A stretch of DNA of 18,553 bases from Candidatus Heimdallarchaeota archaeon (GTDB lineage: Archaea > Asgardarchaeota > Heimdallarchaeia > Heimdallarchaeales > Heimdallarchaeaceae), in the NCBI GenBank assembly GCA_030668875.1, contig DAOVER010000057.1:1-18553 (forward strand), given 5' to 3'. A program made the position numbers and the translations under genes. How positions within the stretch are numbered: the stretch's first letter is position 1; every line of letters starts with the position of its first letter. The notes under the pieces are model-generated. The model was not told the DNA's origin, did not search any database, and saw only the letters and a program-made list of their open reading frames with translations. Of this stretch, positions 15,968 through 18,553 are shown piece by piece.

Positions 15968-15992
15968 AGCTATTCAACTCTTTTCTCAAAAT

Positions 15993-16784
15993 CTACTTGC
16001 CCTTGAATTCTGGTTTTCGTTTCTCAAATATCGCTGCTATTCCTTCTCTGATATCTTCTGTTTCGAAGCAAATCTTAGACCCTTCAACTTCAGCTTTATG
16101 TCCCTCTTCTAAACTAGCACCCAAACCTTTGTTAATAGCTCTCTTAGCTTCTCGAACAGCTATAGGCGCATTGGTAGCTATTTGCTCTGCTAACTCAATG
16201 GCTTTATCCCTTAATTGTTCATGGGGATAGATTGCACTAACTAAACCAATCTTGAGAGCCTCATCAGCAGGGAATTTTCTACCTATTAAAATCAGTTCTT
16301 TAGCTATACCTAGACCAACTATTTTAGGTAAACGATATGTTGCTCCCCAACCTGGAGCTAAACCAACAGTTGTTTCTGGTTGACCAAATAATGCTTTTTC
16401 TGATGCGATACGTATATCACAAGCCAAAGCAAATTCCATTCCTCCTCCGAGAGCATAACCATTTATTGCTGCAATGACAGGAAAATGAGTTGCATCTAAC
16501 AAGGCAAAAGTTGCTTGTCCAAATTTGATTAACTTGTTTGTTTCCTCACCAAAAGATCCCATCCACTTCAAATCTGCGCCAGCACACCAACTTCTACCTT
16601 CAGCATAAACGATTGCTACTTTTACGCTTTTATCATTCATTAATGAAATAAAAACTTCTTTCAGTTGACGAAGCATTTCTTCGTTAAGAGTGTTAAGAGT
16701 CTTTTGACGATTAAGAGTAATCAGTGCTATATTATTATTACTACCAATTTTTTCAACAAGTACTAATGAGTCAATATTTTCCAT
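15993..16784 (-). CDS. Enoyl-CoA hydratase (crotonase family)
   Basis: CAGADL, AINGYALGGGMEFALACDIRIA and FGQPE; both catalytic Glu present. Confidence 0.93.
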   Translation of the reverse strand: MENIDSLVLVEKIGSNNNIALITLNRQKTLNTLNEEMLRQLKEVFISLMNDKSVKVAIVYAEGRSWCAGADLKWMGSFGEETNKLIKFGQATFALLDATHFPVIAAINGYALGGGMEFALACDIRIASEKALFGQPETTVGLAPGWGATYRLPKIVGLGIAKELILIGRKFPADEALKIGLVSAIYPHEQLRDKAIELAEQIATNAPIAVREAKRAINKGLGASLEEGHKAEVEGSKICFETEDIREGIAAIFEKRKPEFKGK

Positions 16785-16966
16785 TAGCTAGCCATAATGC
16801 TTGTGGTATCTAAACTTTTTGGGGCATACACAATTGAATTCCATTTCATTGCTAAACATGGCATAAACTACAACACAATTCTATTCAGAGAATATCTTCC
16901 TTACATAGATAATACACTTATACTACGAAGTTCTCCCATGTGTTTGTGTGAAAAAAGAGAAGCTTA

Positions 16967-18547
16967 CTACTTTTTTTCATATCCTCCTCCACCAGGAGTC
17001 TCTATAATTATTTTATCGCCTTTCTTAATTTTTCTGGTTATCTTTGAAGGTAGATAAATGGTTTCTTCTTTTGTCTCAAGAATGTTCTTCCCTTTCACTC
17101 CATCCTTTCCCCCAAATAATCCAAAGGGTGCGTGTTTTCTTCTCTCACTTTGAATGGACAAAACAGCTTCACTTGTCAACAATCTAATTGAACGACGTAT
17201 TGAATTACTTCCACACCATTTTCCTGAACCACCAGTTCTAGGAATAATTGAATATTCCTCAATTCTCAATGGATAATATCGCTCTAGTACTTCAATTGAA
17301 GTGTTTCTTGTATTTGTCATGTGACTATGCTTAGCATTTGGTGGAGAATAATTCTTACCCGCCCCTATTCCACCTGCAATTGTTTCATAGTAAGTGAACA
17401 TCTCTCCATTGGGTTTCAATCCCCCAATAATTGTGTTATTCATAGTTCCACTACTGGCAGCTGGTACCTCATCAGGGAAAAGTTGTGAAAATGCGCCTAG
17501 CATAACGTCAGTTATTCTTTGACTTGTCTCAACGTTTCCTGCCGCTACGCCAGCAGGTGGTAAAGGATCTACTAATGTTCCTTTCTTTGTTATGATGCTT
17601 AAGGGTTCATACAGTCCGTAATTAGTTGCATATTCTGTGGAAATTAAACATCTGATAATGTAATATGTTGCTGACAGAGTAACAGCATAAGGAGCATTAA
17701 TGTTGCCTTCCACTTGTGAATCTGTTTTGGAATAATCGACAACAATCTGATCACCTTTTCTTTCTACTTCAGCTGTTATTGCTATCGATTTATCATTAAC
17801 CCCATCATCATCCATGTAATCAGTATAAGTTACCCGCTTATTTTCTGGTATCCTCTTTACTAGTTCAAGAGAGGCTTTCTTCGAACGCTCATTAAGAAAG
17901 TCAATAATTTTTTGAACTCTGTTTAATGAGTACTTCTTAAGTAGAGCATGGAACTTCCTTTCTCCTATTTTTGTAGAAGCTAACTGTGCTTGAATATCTC
18001 CTTTTCTCTCATCAGGAACCCGTATGTTATCTAAAAATTCATTGAACCAAGATTGGTTTAAAGTTCCATCTCTCTCCAGAATTGTTGGATTGATTACATA
18101 TCCTTCTTCTTCCAGAGTATACTTACCACTTGGCATTGAACCGGGGACTATTCCTCCAACATCAGCATGATGACATCTATTTGCAATATATCCAACGATC
18201 TGTTTCTCAAAGAAAATTGGTTTAACTACCGAAATATCCGGTAGATGAGTCCCGCCAAGATAAGGGTTATTAGCTATGTAGATATCCCCATCAAGAATGT
18301 TTTCTTCACCAAAATGAGTTATAATTGCTTTAACTCCTTCCGGCATGGCTCCTAAGTGGACAGGAATGTGCTCTGCTTGAGCTATTAAACGACCATACTG
18401 GTCCATAACTGCACTTGAAAAATCCAATCTATCTCTTATATTAGGAGAGAAAGCTGATCGTTGAAGGACTATACCTGTTTCCAATGCTACGTTCTTCAAT
18501 GATTGATTAATCACTTGCGCCTCTATAAGACTAAATTTGGAAGTCAT
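16967..18547 (-). CDS. Hydantoinase B / 5-oxoprolinase subunit B family protein
   Basis: SPNIRDRLDFS, EHIPVHLG, GGTHLPD, HHADVGG, YYETIAGG, TNTRNT and C-terminal ETPGGGG motifs. Confidence 0.93.
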   Translation of the reverse strand: MTSKFSLIEAQVINQSLKNVALETGIVLQRSAFSPNIRDRLDFSSAVMDQYGRLIAQAEHIPVHLGAMPEGVKAIITHFGEENILDGDIYIANNPYLGGTHLPDISVVKPIFFEKQIVGYIANRCHHADVGGIVPGSMPSGKYTLEEEGYVINPTILERDGTLNQSWFNEFLDNIRVPDERKGDIQAQLASTKIGERKFHALLKKYSLNRVQKIIDFLNERSKKASLELVKRIPENKRVTYTDYMDDDGVNDKSIAITAEVERKGDQIVVDYSKTDSQVEGNINAPYAVTLSATYYIIRCLISTEYATNYGLYEPLSIITKKGTLVDPLPPAGVAAGNVETSQRITDVMLGAFSQLFPDEVPAASSGTMNNTIIGGLKPNGEMFTYYETIAGGIGAGKNYSPPNAKHSHMTNTRNTSIEVLERYYPLRIEEYSIIPRTGGSGKWCGSNSIRRSIRLLTSEAVLSIQSERRKHAPFGLFGGKDGVKGKNILETKEETIYLPSKITRKIKKGDKIIIETPGGGGYEKK

Positions 18548-18553
18548 TTCTTC

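Noticed and set aside
81-16230. Remaining short ORF-track entries that overlap assigned genes on the opposite strand or in another frame (e.g. 81-266, 3023-3235, 3312-3536, 6735-8939 minus set, 9317-9598, 10657-10950, 11427-11955, 12792-13049, 13930-14227, 14906-15097, 15274-16230)
   Set aside because: Shadow ORFs of well-supported genes; no motifs.
16785-16966. Short Cys/His-containing minus-strand peptide (MFSNEMEFNCVCPKKFRYHKHYG) and the + ORF 16797-17057
   Set aside because: Very short, only a superficial SEC-C resemblance, no SD or coupling support. The + ORF overlaps the hydantoinase B gene on the opposite strand.
1-18553. CRISPR array, rRNA, IS transposase
   Set aside because: No regularly spaced repeat-spacer units, rRNA-like segments or transposase motifs seen by eye.

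Overview
AT-rich archaeal chromosomal window. The archaeal call rests on tRNA introns with bulge-helix-bulge (BHB) motifs and TATA-type promoters; an Asgard-like source is only my impression. Most of it is ordinary housekeeping or metabolic genes: wHTH regulator, two tandem ICMT/PEMT-family methyltransferases, 2H phosphoesterase, tRNA-Thr(UGU), CsaA, GrpB, SAM methyltransferase, MazG-like protein, GT2, flippase-like protein, extended SDR, cysS, stand-alone E2-type acyltransferase, DtxR, enoyl-CoA hydratase and hydantoinase B/oxoprolinase. The unusual part is 6014-9294. It holds (i) a non-coding region with an ORB-like origin-recognition motif and G-rich repeats, (ii) a tRNA-Ala(UGC) with two introns (37/38 and T-loop 59/60), and (iii) a 2.6-kb single-gene islet bounded by a degenerate duplicate of the tRNA 3' end. 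The islet encodes a Lys-rich 836-aa protein that I cannot assign to a family, with a PD-(D/E)xK nuclease-like motif and no recognisable integrase. All family calls are from motifs read by eye; no searches were run.
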